Assembly: GCF_000281045.1 (NCBI RefSeq)
Contig: NW_008246070.1
Coordinates: forward strand, 1,038,193 to 1,102,192
Length of the DNA stretch: 64,000 nucleotides
Origin: Saprolegnia diclina VS20
Taxonomy: Eukaryota
Direction: 5' to 3'
Positions 35,501 through 47,855 of this stretch are shown in pieces. Numbering within the stretch: position 1 is the first letter of the stretch; every line of letters begins with the position of its first letter. Both the position numbers and the translations under genes were made by a program. The notes under the pieces were generated by a model, which was not told the DNA's origin, did no database searches, and saw nothing but the letters and a program-made list of their open reading frames with translations.

Positions 35501-37979
35501 GAAAGAGCTTCGAGTTCCACTGCAGCACGAGGAACCCCATGCACGGAATCAAGGTCGGGCAAAACTCGCCAAGGAAGAGCCACACAAGGATGTTGATCTT
35601 GTCGTCGTGCAGGTAGAGGTACATGTGCAGCCCGTGCTGGATGCCGAGAAACACCACAAAGCTCAGCACAGTGATGACGAGGTACAGGAGCGCGCCGTTG
35701 TAGACTCGCGAACTTTCCATCGAGTCCACGGCCATGCCGAGGCCCTGCCGAATGAGGAGCGACCCGAGAAGGCAGACGCACAAGAGCACAAAGAGGTGGA
35801 ACGCGTGCAGCAAAAGGAACGTCGTCTGAAAGCCGCTGGCCGAGCTCCGACACGCCTACGCCAGATTTGCGATCGTATCTAGAGATGTAGCTAGAGGTAC
35901 CACGTCACCGGCGTGCCACCACTCGAGCGGCTCGAGCAGCGCAATGTAGTAGTCGCCGGCGGGATTGCGGTTGAGGAGGTAGTCGATGTACGTGCACTTG
36001 AGGAACGGAAAGTTCTGGGAAAGGTGCCACACGAGCAATACGACGTAGAGCGCCATGGCGACCATCCACCCGAGCCAGACAGTAGACTTCATGTGCGCTT
36101 GGCGAAACTTGGGGTGGTACGCCGTGAGCCAATGGATCGCAATCGAGACAAGGAGACTCCAGACCGCCGCGCTGCGAATGTTGTCGAGGACCGCAACGAG
36201 GAATGCGACTTCTTGCGTCTTGCCCGTCTTGGTGAGGCGGTTGAGCACCGACAGCCTACGGTTCATTGTGTTGCAACAGACGCCACGAGAGCTTCCCCGT
36301 ACCAGTAAAACTGCATCGCAAGCGACAAGAGGAGCACGAAGAGCACCGAGATGGACGCAATGTCCGTATATACGGTCGTGCTCGTGACACCAAGACCATT
36401 CTATCGTCCATTGTCATACCACATTTTGAGAGGGGTAGGGTACCATGCGCACGAGCACGAGCGCTGCGAGAAACGCAAAGACGTAGACCACGACCGCAAT
36501 GACAGTCCAGAGGTTGTCGGGCACTTGCTGGCTCAAGAGTGCTACACACGAGGCCATCAGAATCGACGGGGTCGCGGAATGCGTACGGGGGGCGGGGTAC
36601 GGGGCCGCGACGACGCAGCTCGTCGCGAGAAGCGTGTTGTTGGATGTGAACGACATTTCCGTCAAGGACGAGAGGTTCATAAAGTAGTTGCCAGACCGAA
36701 GGTACGTATTGTTGACGACCAGCCCGATGCGCGGAAACGGCGACAAGTTCGTCAAGTTCCAGCGCAAATGCACGCAGAGCGCAGTCTCGTTGAAGTGGTC
36801 TAGCACCACGGGCCGGCTGATCCAGCTGTTGTCGTTGACCACGTCCAGGGTCATCGTCGAGATGTTGTGGTACGAAGCGGTTTGGGCCGTTGTCGCATCC
36901 TACACGATCCATGTACCCCTTACGTTCTTACGGATACGATGGCATCTACCTGGCACGACGACGACTTGAGGTTGATGCACAGCATCGTCTGCTTGTATGC
37001 AATCGCAGCCGGCGGCATCTCAAACGACGTAATGAGCTGCGCCGGACGCTCCTCGCTCGCGATCGTGGGCTGGGCGATCGGCGTCGGCGGCAACCGCGGC
37101 AGCGCCATGGACGCGACGAGCAGCATCGGCTTGGTTGAGTCCTTGTTGTAGCGCTCGACCGTGATGAGCGCCGTGTCGGCGTACGGCTGCAAGAGAAAAT
37201 TCACTTGCGCGAGCGTCGTCGCCGGCGACGGCGCCAATGAGCTTGGCACGTACGTCACTTGCTTTGTGCTCGAGCAGTTGAAGACATACAGGTCGCAGGC
37301 CGGCGTGGCCAGCGCGCCATCAATCATCAACACGGACTGCGACACGTACGACTAGCAACACCACAGTGGATGAGGACACGATGCACAAGACGATGTGTCT
37401 ACCGCATTATCGAGCTTGAACGACAAGTAGAGCTGGCTCGCTGCGTCCGACTGGAGCAGATCCGTGCGAATGAGCAAGAAACTGACGCTCACCGAGCCGT
37501 TGGCGAGCACGGTCGCGTTGGGCACATAGAGGTTTGTGGGCACTAGAGCGCGGTCCGTACTTGGTCAAGACGCAGAGAGGACGACGTACCACACGCGCTG
37601 TACGGGTCGTTGCAGACCGTCGGGTCGGTCGCCGCAGCGGTCGAAAAGTTGGTGTACCGCGTCGTCGCGGGCAGCGGGTTGTTGGTCATCGTCGGCAGCT
37701 GCACGCACGGGCGGTCGTGGTAGCGGCAGACAGGCGAGTCGGCCGAGATAAGATTCTTGGCCGTCGTAAAGTTGGTCAAGTCGACAGTCACAGGCGGCAG
37801 AGTGGTTGGCGCCAGCGTCGGCACCGTGATGGTCCCGCTGGTCGCGTTCGTCGCCTGGCCAGCTGCCAGACCAAGGAGGCCCAGCCACGTGAGGCTCTAC
37901 ATACATGGCAGTCGATGAGCTTCCGTGGTCCTCATCGTCGTCGTCGTCGCCGTACGAGGAGCGCTACGGGGGTACGCAT
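32543..37979 (-). CDS. 7TM receptor-like / INPP4-type inositol polyphosphate 4-phosphatase fusion, about 12-13 exons
   Basis: Continuous frame across GT..AG introns: signal peptide MRTPVALL|SLTWLGLLGLAAG, N-glycosylated ectodomain, seven hydrophobic helices, then FLPTNL|HVQ, TVGAFAAH, FQVESLLS, FFTQGINEMQTLA and catalytic CKSAKDRTAMSVTLEQ. Confidence 0.85.
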
Positions 37980-38640
37980 GTCGACTCGCAGTCTCGGCGT
38001 GTTTGATGATGGCGACGTGCGTAATGTGCTCCAGCATCCACGCCAGCAACTTCGATTCGCGTTCTTCGTTACAGCCTGCGATCGAGGTCCTTTATTTTAT
38101 TTCATACATGTATCAAGGTATATAAATCCGCCCAAGGTCCATCGAACTTCGAAGCGACCGCGGGAGCCAGCTTGCGCCGGTCGGGCGGAGGCGCGCAACG
38201 CCGCTGCACTCGGCAGCGCCCCGTGGATGCAGACGATTTTGTGCATCAACTCGCACTGTACAATCTGTCTCTTAGTACTATTGTACTAGATACATCTTGT
38301 TGTATTGGTGCGTTGCGAGGTGGGCAGGCCGAGTGTGTCGCCTGCATGTCCATGCACTGGCGGCGCAACAGGGCGAGACGAATCGGTACTGCCACCATGT
38401 GTAGCTCTGCACCAGCGAGCTCGTGCGGACGAATTGCTTGCAATGAGCTGCTGACCACCATGGGACGCAGGCTCCACCTTCGGCTGCAAGCAGCTGCAAG
38501 CTTCGGCTGCAAGGTGACAGTAAGGTGTTTGCGATGGGCTACGCATCCTGTGCGATCCAAGGGCTCCAATTTTCAAGAGTTCGGCAGGCATCCGCAGCCA
38601 CACAGCGCCACATGACCATCATTCAACATTTAGCAATTTG

Positions 38641-39201
38641 ATGACCACGGAGCTCGTTGTCGCGTCGACCAACCCGGTCAAGATCCAAGCTGCGCTGCTT
38701 GGCTTCCAAAAGCTCTTTCCGGACGCTGCGTGCACGGCGGTGGGCGTGAGCATCCCGTCGGGCGTGAGCGACCAGCCCATGACGTGCGCCGAGACGCTGG
38801 CCGGTGCGCTGAACCGCGCGAGAGGCGCCAAGGCCGCCAAGCCGAGCGCGACGTATTGGCTCGGCATCGAGGGCGGCGTCGAGAAGAGCGCCACGAATCC
38901 AGGCGCCATGGAGGTGTTTGCATGGATCGTCGTGCTCTCGGCAGACGAAGCCAAGACGGGCATGGCCAAGACGGCCAACTTTTACCTCCCGGCCAAGGTC
39001 ATCGCGCTCGTCGACCAAGGCATGGAGCTCGGGCACGCCGACGACGCGGTGTTTGGCCGCTCCAACTCCAAGCAAGCGACCGGGTCTGTCGGCTTGCTGA
39101 CAAACGACGTCATCACACGCAGTACGTACTACGAACAGGCAGTCATCCTCGCGTTCATTCCGTTCAAGAACCCCGACTTTGCCTTTCCCATGCCGAAATA
39201 A
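38641..39201 (+). CDS. yjjX: Inosine/xanthosine triphosphatase (YjjX / NTPase I-T family)
   Basis: VASTNPVK, SGVSDQP, GALNRA, GIEGG, GMELGHADD, SKQ..GSVGLLT and TRSTYYEQAVILA. Confidence 0.92.
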   Translation: MTTELVVASTNPVKIQAALLGFQKLFPDAACTAVGVSIPSGVSDQPMTCAETLAGALNRARGAKAAKPSATYWLGIEGGVEKSATNPGAMEVFAWIVVLSADEAKTGMAKTANFYLPAKVIALVDQGMELGHADDAVFGRSNSKQATGSVGLLTNDVITRSTYYEQAVILAFIPFKNPDFAFPMPK

Positions 39202-40263
39202 GCAATAAGCAACTAGATTGTACTTCAAGCGACTTGACTCGAACGACCAAGGACATAGAGAGGCAGTTGCTTCTCGAAGCCGACGCACGTGCAGGTCACA
39301 TACATGTAATACCTATCTGCAGCTCTAGGACAGATCAGTCTCTTCGTTTACGAGACGACCGAGTCGACGCAAAAATGGCAGCTCGACGCGGCGGCAATTA
39401 GCAAGGATGGCACGTGGCATTCTGGCCAGCTCCATGCGAGAAACAACCGCTGGCAACCATCGAAGTTGATGCTGGTAAATCGATGAACGGCTCGACCAAT
39501 GGCGGCGCTCCAAAGCGATGCGTTCTCAGTTTCTGGCTTGCTTGACACCGATGTGTTGCCGCTTACCGCAACCTGTCACGGCTGTGCCGAAACGTCAGGT
39601 TCACGCACTACAATGCCGGTCGTGTCCGAAGCAGCGTCGAAGCGCAGGCCGTATCTGGCCACGGGCTTGACGAGCTCAAACGTGCGGCAAGGTGTCTCGT
39701 ACGCTGTTCGCATTACGTTCACCGTGTACGCACTTGGCTTCTTTTGGCCCGACCACGTCAATATTGGGACGTGGTGCAATAGCGGATAGGCCCAGTGCGC
39801 TTGCTGCCGGCGAAGCGTTGGAACCACGCCATTCCTGAAAACCCTCTCCTCCCGCCGTTTCCTACTAGTACGCGAATCCCTCGATAATAATATATCGATT
39901 GATATATATTTTGCACCATAATGCTCTCTCGGCAGAGCGACTATAGTCGACTCGAATGACTAGACCTAGCGATAGACTCCTCGCTCAACCCAACGTGGTG
40001 CGATAAAGCTCGCCGAAAAGACAGGCCTATCATCCACGCTTGCAAAAAATTATCCCCACAGCGTGAGTCCAGCAAGCCACGAGGGCTGGAAACCCTACCC
40101 CGTGCAACGTGTATACGTGTCGTCCCGCCTTGTTCCATACAAAAATCAAGTGCAAAATCGAGGCGGTACTGACCGTTCCAGTCTAATCGCACACACGTTC
40201 AAGACAGTTGTCAACCCGCTGGCTCTGCGACAGATTCCACGACACGAATAGCAGCAACACGAG

Positions 40264-40707
40264 ATGCCCGTGACCTTTGGCCCGAGAACGACGTACCTCT
40301 TTGGTATCGACGTCAACGGATCAGCCTTGCCCAAGGAGAGTGGCCCGCCCATCGGACTCGCGTCCAAGCACCACACGATCACGATCGAGCCGAGCGTCGA
40401 GAGGCTCGTTGAGAAACGCCGCCGCCGCGTGCGGAGATTCGACCACACGGAGCGCATTCGCATGCTCCAGACGCTCTACGACGCCAAGACGCTCGCTGTC
40501 TTTTGCTACGAAGCCATCGACAGCCGCAAGGAACGGCTCGAGACGGCCGACGAACTCGCGCAGGCCGAGCGTGGCCTGGCCGACCGGCGACGAAAGCGGG
40601 CCGCCGAGACGGCACCGCCCGCCACGAAGCGCCCGCGCATGCTCTTTGCCATGGAGTACGACAACGATGATGACGAAGATGAAGTGGACGACGTCGACGA
40701 ACAGTAG
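40264..40707 (+). CDS. CSRNP-N-like small protein, paralog 1
   Basis: VTF..TYLFGIDVNGSALPKESGPPIGLA...RVRRFDHTERI...FCYEAIDSRKER with an acidic tail. Confidence 0.85.
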   Translation: MPVTFGPRTTYLFGIDVNGSALPKESGPPIGLASKHHTITIEPSVERLVEKRRRRVRRFDHTERIRMLQTLYDAKTLAVFCYEAIDSRKERLETADELAQAERGLADRRRKRAAETAPPATKRPRMLFAMEYDNDDDEDEVDDVDEQ

Positions 40708-41506
40708 GCCGTGTTATTTTGATGTGTGTTGTGTGAATAGAAGGCGCTTCAGAACATGATGGTGAAGAAAAGCTTGCGTCGTCCCGCAGCGCCCGATGGA
40801 ACGACGACCGTGATGACGTGGGTTGCACGGACATAGAAACAACCGCCGGTGCTAAGTTTGGCCGTGACGAGGCGCGAGCCTGCCTGCACAAAGACATTGC
40901 AGCCACTTCTGATTCAAGCACAGGTTCAAGAAGACTGATAGAGGAGGCGACGAGGACAGTCGGCAAGCGTATTTGCGTTCTTGAGAGAAGAAGCACCGTA
41001 CGTACCGTACGCGCTGCTCGCGACCAACTGACCCAATCTTTGTCGAGATCATCCAAGCACCGTATTGCGGATGCTGCTCGCGAGCGCAAGTTATTACAAG
41101 CGACACGCCGCTTTTCTAGTCATGCATCGGAGTGAGGGTTCGACTTATGAATTAAAACAACTAGACGCTGTACTACTAAAACTACAGTAGCTTCTCCAAT
41201 GTCGATGGGCCCATAGCTGGGTCGTGCAGTCCGTGGGTTGACGCCGTTGATTGTCCTCGGACAACCAGCGACTCGAATAAAATTCGGGCATCAAATCGTC
41301 ACGACCGCTTCACCTTTTCAGTATGGTGGAAATGAACTTTCCATTTTATTGGCCGTGATCCCTACCCCTGATTGTGTATACCAGCGACCCCTCCGCAGCA
41401 CATACGCCAGCTTTGCATGATTACGTAGGTCGGCCTTCGCCGCAGCAGCAAGCCGCCTGTAACGTCACAGATACCAAATCGCAGTGTGGCCAAGAGGAGA
41501 GCGATA

Positions 41507-41950
41507 ATGAAGAAGACCGTGACCTTTAGCACCGAGACGACGTACCTCTTTGACGTCGACGTCAACGGGTCGGCCTTGCCAAAGGAGAGCGGACCCCCCA
41601 TCGGTCTCGCCCAACAGCACCACGCGATGACGGTCGCGTCCCTCGATGGCCTTGTGAAGCGCCGAAGCCGCGTCCGCAAATTTGACCACCTCGACCGACT
41701 CGAGATGCTCAAGCCGCTCTACGACCCCAAGACGCTTGCGAGCTTTTGCTACGAGGCCATCGACACGCGGAAGGAGCGCATCGAGACCGAGGAAGAGCTT
41801 GTGCAGAACGAGCGCCGCCTGCAGGCCCGCGCACGGAAGCGCGCCGCAGAAGAGGCGCGGGCGTCGCACGCCAAGCGCCCGCGCATGCTGACCAGCCGGA
41901 TGGAGTACGACGAGGACGAGGAAGAAGAGGAAGACAGTGACGACGAGTAG
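41507..41950 (+). CDS. CSRNP-N-like small protein, paralog 2
   Basis: MKKTVTFSTETTYLFDVDVNGSALPKESGPPIGLA...RVRKFDHLDRL...FCYEAIDTRKER. Confidence 0.87.
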   Translation: MKKTVTFSTETTYLFDVDVNGSALPKESGPPIGLAQQHHAMTVASLDGLVKRRSRVRKFDHLDRLEMLKPLYDPKTLASFCYEAIDTRKERIETEEELVQNERRLQARARKRAAEEARASHAKRPRMLTSRMEYDEDEEEEEDSDDE

Positions 41951-44020
41951 ACAGCCGAAATATCGTCGTAGTTAGTAGGTAGAATAAATTATGTCTAAAG
42001 ACGCCCTTTCTGCGTCCCCGAGTTCGTTGGACCGAGCAGTGGAGACGCACTGGACTGTGGGCTGCACATACATACATATTGCATGCGTGTACCGACAGGT
42101 GTGTTGTAATCGGACGCAATACACGGGCTCGCGTCTGCACTCGCTGTACCGGAGGACTACAGGGCGACCCAGCGCGTCGTAGCATCTCGTCTACAACCTC
42201 GTTCGGTGGCTGTCGTTGCCGCTGCCACAAAGGAGGAAGTCGGTGGCTTGCGTGGCGTGGGATATGTCGTTCAGCTGTCAAGTCATCTGGTCCGAGCCTC
42301 CCGAAGAGCAAGTGAAAAGTATCCACGACAAAATGACATCCCTCTGGATTGGGCCATTACTGTCGCAGCTGGACAAAGGGCCGACACAGCGCTATGAAGC
42401 TCCTCGTCGCTGGCCTCACGACTGCTGCTGCTACGTCAACGCGCTGTCTGATGCAAGGACGATACTCGGTGGAGCTTTCTGGGTCACAAAGCAGCTAAGT
42501 CTACGACGAGACAGTGAAAACTATCAAAGGCTTTGCATATGCTTGTACTCTGATGGTTCCGTCCAGGTGTGTCAATCCATCATGAACCTTTGAATGGGAG
42601 CGCCGTCCGTTATGCTGGCGCCAACAAAGGCGTGCTTCGTGGAGCTGCTTTGTTGTCGAAACCTTGCGCAGAGCAAGAACTGAGAACAAAGAGGCGAGGT
42701 TCGTCGCGTTCGACCCTCATACAATGCAGCAACCATCGGTTGGGTGATCGATTCGCGTCAGATCAACAATACGGAGACAGTTCGCCTGCCTGTGTGTGCA
42801 AACGCCTTCTCTTCGCAAGCGCGCGTTCTGAGATAGCACACGGCTTCGATGGCCGAGATTCGCAGCATCCCTCCTCTGGCTTTTGTTTCGCATTACGCGT
42901 CGCGTTCGTGGCATTATAGAGCTACCACCCTTAGCCCGCACCAGCGGCGGGATGATAGAAGCTCGCACGGCCTAGTCGTCGGCCGCTTCCTTCTGACGTC
43001 AGGTGTGTCCTGGCCCATCACAAAAGCAGAGGACCAAGCCGAGCGTTGCGGCCACAGAACACTGCAAAGTCAAGGGATGTCACTCGAATGTGCCCGTCCG
43101 CACAATACACGCCGACTAATGGCTGCAGAGCGTGCGAGCGTACCGTATGGCCCGAGGTCCTTCCCTTCGGTCCTTTTTTTCATGGTAGGAGCACGAGCTT
43201 TGAAGAAATCAAAGCCACTTCGCGAGAACGATATCTCGCTGCAGCAAGACCACCGTCATGTCTCCACCCCCATCAACGTTGCTGCTTCAAGAAGTTGTCG
43301 AATGATAAGGCGCTTGCCACTTGCAAGGTGGCGATCGAGACCAGCGCATCGCGGTTGATAGAGTCCTGTGACAGCAATATTTGGCCTGAAGAAGATCGCT
43401 GGGACGAAATTTTCAAGCGACCCTCGACACATTCGCTCCAATGACATCCTTCAAGATGGAGTCTGTCTCGCGCATACTACAATGGCACTAGCCTTTGACT
43501 GCTCGACGCAGAGACTGGGCTTTCTTACGCTCGAACGGGACGTGATTATATAGTGGCCTTGGACCTGCGACTGGCGGCCATCGCGTCGCGCTTGTCATAG
43601 CGGATCAGGCCCACATGCCAAGCTCAAGAAAATGTGAGAGAGGTGGGACGAAGCACTTCCACTCCCCGGCGCGAAAACACGCTCGCCCATCGAATTTATG
43701 CAAGAGGTCAGCAACCTTCCTCACCACGGGATGCGCGACGTGGGGCCGCCGTCATCGATGTCCATGCCCAGGTTGCGGGTCGTTGCATGGGCTTGGCAAT
43801 AAAAAACGGCCACCCAATCCTTCCATTTCGAGTAATAATATTATCTCTCGAGGTGTTGCCAGCCCTACCCCTGTGCTATGTATGCGTGCCCCCCCTCCGG
43901 AGGGTATACAAAGCCGAACGCGACGCGACGTAGGTCGGCCCATGCACAAACTGCACTGCACCTGTAACGTCACATAAATCAACAAGCAGCCGAGGGACCA
44001 AGAAGTCGCGAGTAAGCAGC

Positions 44021-44467
44021 ATGCCCACCCAAGTCACCTTCGGCATTGCGACGACGTTCCTCTTTGGCGTCGACGTGAACGGGTCCGCCTTGCCCAAAGA
44101 GAGTGGACCACCCATCGGGCTCGCCCGAAAGCACCACAGCGTGACGATCGAACGCATCGAAGACGCGTGTCCGCGCCGGGGCCGTGTGCGAAAATTTAAT
44201 CATACCGAGCGCCTCGAGCTGCTCCAGCCACTCTACGACCCGAAAGCACTTGCTGCCTTCTGCTACGAGGCCATTGACGTGCGCAAGTCGCGCATTGACA
44301 CGGAGGAAGAGCGACTCCAGGCCGAGAGCCGCCTCCGCGCGCGGCTCCGGAAGCGCGCCGCCGAGGCCGCGCCGATCGCCAAGCGCCAACGCATGATGCC
44401 TCTCATGGAGTACGAAGACGATGATACAAGCGACGAAGATGACGACAGTGACGCCGACGACGAGTAA
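44021..44467 (+). CDS. CSRNP-N-like small protein, paralog 3
   Basis: VTFGIATTFLFGVDVNGSALPKESGPPIGLA...RVRKFNHTERL...FCYEAIDVRKSR. Confidence 0.87.
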   Translation: MPTQVTFGIATTFLFGVDVNGSALPKESGPPIGLARKHHSVTIERIEDACPRRGRVRKFNHTERLELLQPLYDPKALAAFCYEAIDVRKSRIDTEEERLQAESRLRARLRKRAAEAAPIAKRQRMMPLMEYEDDDTSDEDDDSDADDE

Positions 44468-45915
44468 GCCATCGCGTGCTTCGTATTTATAGTGAGTGTA
44501 TACTTAACGGCCGCCATGCCATAACTTATCGAGTCCAACCGTGGGGGTAATTATAGTCAGCTCCCTGTGCTGCGTCGTCGCAAACGCCGAGCACCCATGA
44601 TGGAGTCGCACGTGCTTCAGGACCACTAGTACAACATGTCGTGGGGGACAGCCTCTTCTAGTCTTCCTTGTACTATACGCAGCAACGACTAGCCTCAAGC
44701 TTTATATACTACGAGGTGAAAGCCGTGCTCGTCGGTCGAGCGCAGTACAGAGGGCAAGACCGAACTTACTGTACACCGATCAGAACCACGCGAACGATGG
44801 ACGGCTCTCGGCGAACCGCTCGTCTGTGGCTCCATCGACTGCGATACGGACCACCTGGCTCATTTACCGGATGTGCCCACCCACGGGCTCATTGAAAATG
44901 TATGTCGCGTACCATGACATCCCTCCAGAGTGACACACCTGTCGCAGCCGCCAATGGCCGCCCGGCCTGCGTGCCACAGCGGTCTTGATGGAAATCGTAA
45001 TCGACGTGTCGTTGCGTCGGCACACATTGCAAGCGCCCGCCGCTAGAGACATTGACGATAGGCGCTCGATACTACGCTCGGGAGGCTGGCGGCGTGAAGC
45101 AAGTGCATGCGTACTGCGCTGGCTTCCTGTAGACTGACCACCTGCTGGCAACACGGACGGCCAGGAAGATCGGACAAGATGTTGGATGCGACTCGAGGCG
45201 TCGCTGGACCTCTCGCGCTAGGCAACCAACGACACAAACTAGCTCCGACCATCAGTGGCGCCACTAAACAAAGCGAACGACCCGAGAAGATTCCATTGGC
45301 CAGTCATCTTGTGCCGATGGTTGTGGTGGACCCCGCGTCCCAGTTTTTGGGTTTGAGGACGTTTGGTGTTGATCAACGAGGGAAGTGTGGTCCTTTGGCA
45401 AAGACTGCTCGGCACCGATACTAGCTACCGACGACTCTGCCTCCATGGCATCGATGCGTAAAATCGGACCCGGCATCGCAGCGTCGGATAAATTGCCAGG
45501 ACGCCCACATTGCTGTTGGTCCAGACCGTAGGTTTCTCCTGGATCGTAAGCTACTCCGTTTGGACGCGACAGCGCTGCATGCACGCAGTGCCCTATCGCC
45601 TCAACTGCACCGTACTGACGGTGCTCGTACGACAGCGACAGAGCCGCGTGGGCGTTGCGGCGCTCTGGACAGGGCGTTTGCTTGGGCGGCCGGGCCCCTT
45701 TTCATTGGCTCAAATTCAGGTTCAAGATCCTATCCGGATGACCACCCCTCCGATTTATCTTGCCATTTGTATCTAATTGCAGCATGACATGCCTTGTGTC
45801 TGACCGCCGTCATTGCTGCACAAAACCCGGCAGCGGAAACACGACGGAGCCAAGCACGCAAGCGAGGCCACGACCAAGCACGAGCCGCCACCGACAGACG
45901 AGACCAACAAGGACC

Positions 45916-46440
45916 ATGGCAGCTGACTGCGTCATGGCAGCGACGAGTACCAGCTGCAGCTACCACGCTGCAGCGAGCAAGGCGAAACGCGTCCAGTTTA
46001 CGACCGAGACCACATACTACTTTGACGTTGCGTACGGCGGTAGCGCGCTCCCGAGCGAGAGCGGACCGCCCATCGGCCTTGCGCCCAACCATTGTCACCG
46101 AACGACGGCCGCTGTCGCCGCGTCAGCCACGAAGCGTCGCCACGTGCGCAAGTTCGACCACCTCGAGCGCATCGAGCTCCTCAAGGCCGCCGACTACCAC
46201 GTCAAGGAGATTGCGCAGTTCTGCTTTGAGGCGATGGATGTTCGCAACTCGCGAAAAGACACCCGCGCGCGCCTTGATAAGATACGAAGGCGCGCTGCCG
46301 CCCGGCGTGTGCTGCTTCGGCATCGCCCACGCATGATGCAGCCACTCATGCGCGAGAGCGACTCGTCCGACACGTACAGCAGCGAGGAAGACAATGACGA
46401 CAGCAGCAGCGACAGCAGCGACGACGATATGGACGCTTAG
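45916..46440 (+). CDS. CSRNP-N-like small protein, paralog 4
   Basis: KRVQFTTETTYYFDVAYGGSALPSESGPPIGLA...VRKFDHLERIELLK...FCFEAMDVRNSR. Confidence 0.87.
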   Translation: MAADCVMAATSTSCSYHAAASKAKRVQFTTETTYYFDVAYGGSALPSESGPPIGLAPNHCHRTTAAVAASATKRRHVRKFDHLERIELLKAADYHVKEIAQFCFEAMDVRNSRKDTRARLDKIRRRAAARRVLLRHRPRMMQPLMRESDSSDTYSSEEDNDDSSSDSSDDDMDA

Positions 46441-47348
46441 CGCTGCAACAACTAATTATCGAATACGCTATATACTCCTGGGAATCATGCACCGACACGA
46501 GTGGTTGGCCCCAGCACAGCCAAGAATGGCCTCACAGGACCAACAACAGCTTGGTAGTAGTAGCGGTGTCGAGGCTCATGGGAGCCATGAATGTCAGCTG
46601 CGCAACGTCATAGCTTTCCAGCACGCGGCGGCCTCGCTTCCTGTCTGGTCCGTTCACGCCATCCCATCGACGCCGGTGCTTGCAGCGATCAAACGCAGTT
46701 TCTTTGTTATGTTCCCAGTCTAGACACTGGTGGGCATGCTGGCGTTGGAAATATGTGGCTCCACTTTGCTCACGAACCAGCCACGGGAGTCAGTCGAGCT
46801 CTGCTCTGTGCTCTGTGCGATGGATCCGTGTCACATTTCCGCTGAACCCGCGACGTCTGGCGGCTGCAGTAACGAACGCTCCCGTCGATTGGCCCGGACG
46901 CATGTCCAGCCGGCGTCGCTGCGAAAGGCCCGCGCGTCAGCATCAAAAGAACTCGCGCCGGGTTTCCTTTTCTACGAACTGGCATCGACCGGATCTCTCG
47001 TGATTGGCCCGATCAAGTTGCCGCACGCGGAATAAAAATGCACTGCCGGTCGCTATAATTAGCAGCATATTTTTTTATATTATGCGAGGCTAAAAACACG
47101 CGCATCGACACAACTTTTCAACTCTTGTTAAGTGCAGCACACGTTGATTTACCTTTTTATATGAGCCTAATGGGGTCTTAACTCGGGAAGACCTACGTGC
47201 GTGTCAAAAGTGCGAGTCTTCCGTTGCTGAACATCATTCAACGGTAGAAACCAGCAAAAACTGGAACTCGGAAAAACCTCAACCTCGCGTCGTTACGCTC
47301 GCAGCTCGCAGACCTCAATACGCAACAAACCCAACAAGCCACCGATCG

Positions 47349-47855
47349 ATGACCATGATGAGCATGACAAGCTTCCCAAGCGAGATGCTGGACGACACGA
47401 AGGACCTCGCGCCGCCGGCGAGCCCGCTCAGCATTGACTGCGACCTCGTCGAGCTCGTGCTTGCTGCCGCCACCAAGCAGCCTACCAAACGCGTCCACTT
47501 TGGCACCGCCACCACGTACACATTCAACGTCGCGTACGGCGGGAGTGCAGTGCCCAAGGAAGCTGGCCCCGGCGTTGGCATGGCACGGTACCACTGCGAT
47601 GTCGCTTGCGTCGAGCTCGGCGCCTCCAAGGTGTGCAAGCGAGGCCGCGTCCGCAAGTTTGACCACATGCAGCGCGTCGAGCTTCTCAAGAAGGCCCACT
47701 ATAGCGGCCGCGATATCGCAGACTTCTGCATGGAGGCCATCGAAGTGCGCAAGTCGCGCGCCGAGACGGCGGCCGAGCTCCGGCGCAAGCGCAAGCGTGT
47801 CGCAACGCCTTGCGATGCTCCGCAATCCAAGCGCCTGACGCCGGACACTTGCTGA
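47349..47855 (+). CDS. CSRNP-N-like small protein, paralog 5
   Basis: KRVHFGTATTYTFNVAYGGSAVPKEAGPGVGMA...RVRKFDHMQRVELLK...FCMEAIEVRKSR. Confidence 0.87.
   Translation: MTMMSMTSFPSEMLDDTKDLAPPASPLSIDCDLVELVLAAATKQPTKRVHFGTATTYTFNVAYGGSAVPKEAGPGVGMARYHCDVACVELGASKVCKRGRVRKFDHMQRVELLKKAHYSGRDIADFCMEAIEVRKSRAETAAELRRKRKRVATPCDAPQSKRLTPDTC

Noticed and set aside
40818..41135. 105-aa ORF between paralogs 1 and 2
   Set aside because: GTG start, non-coding-like codon usage and no recognisable domain.
42000..43850. Long spacer with short ORFs; considered as a transposon or an eighth paralog
   Set aside because: No family motif, transposase or RT motif, or terminal repeats found by eye.
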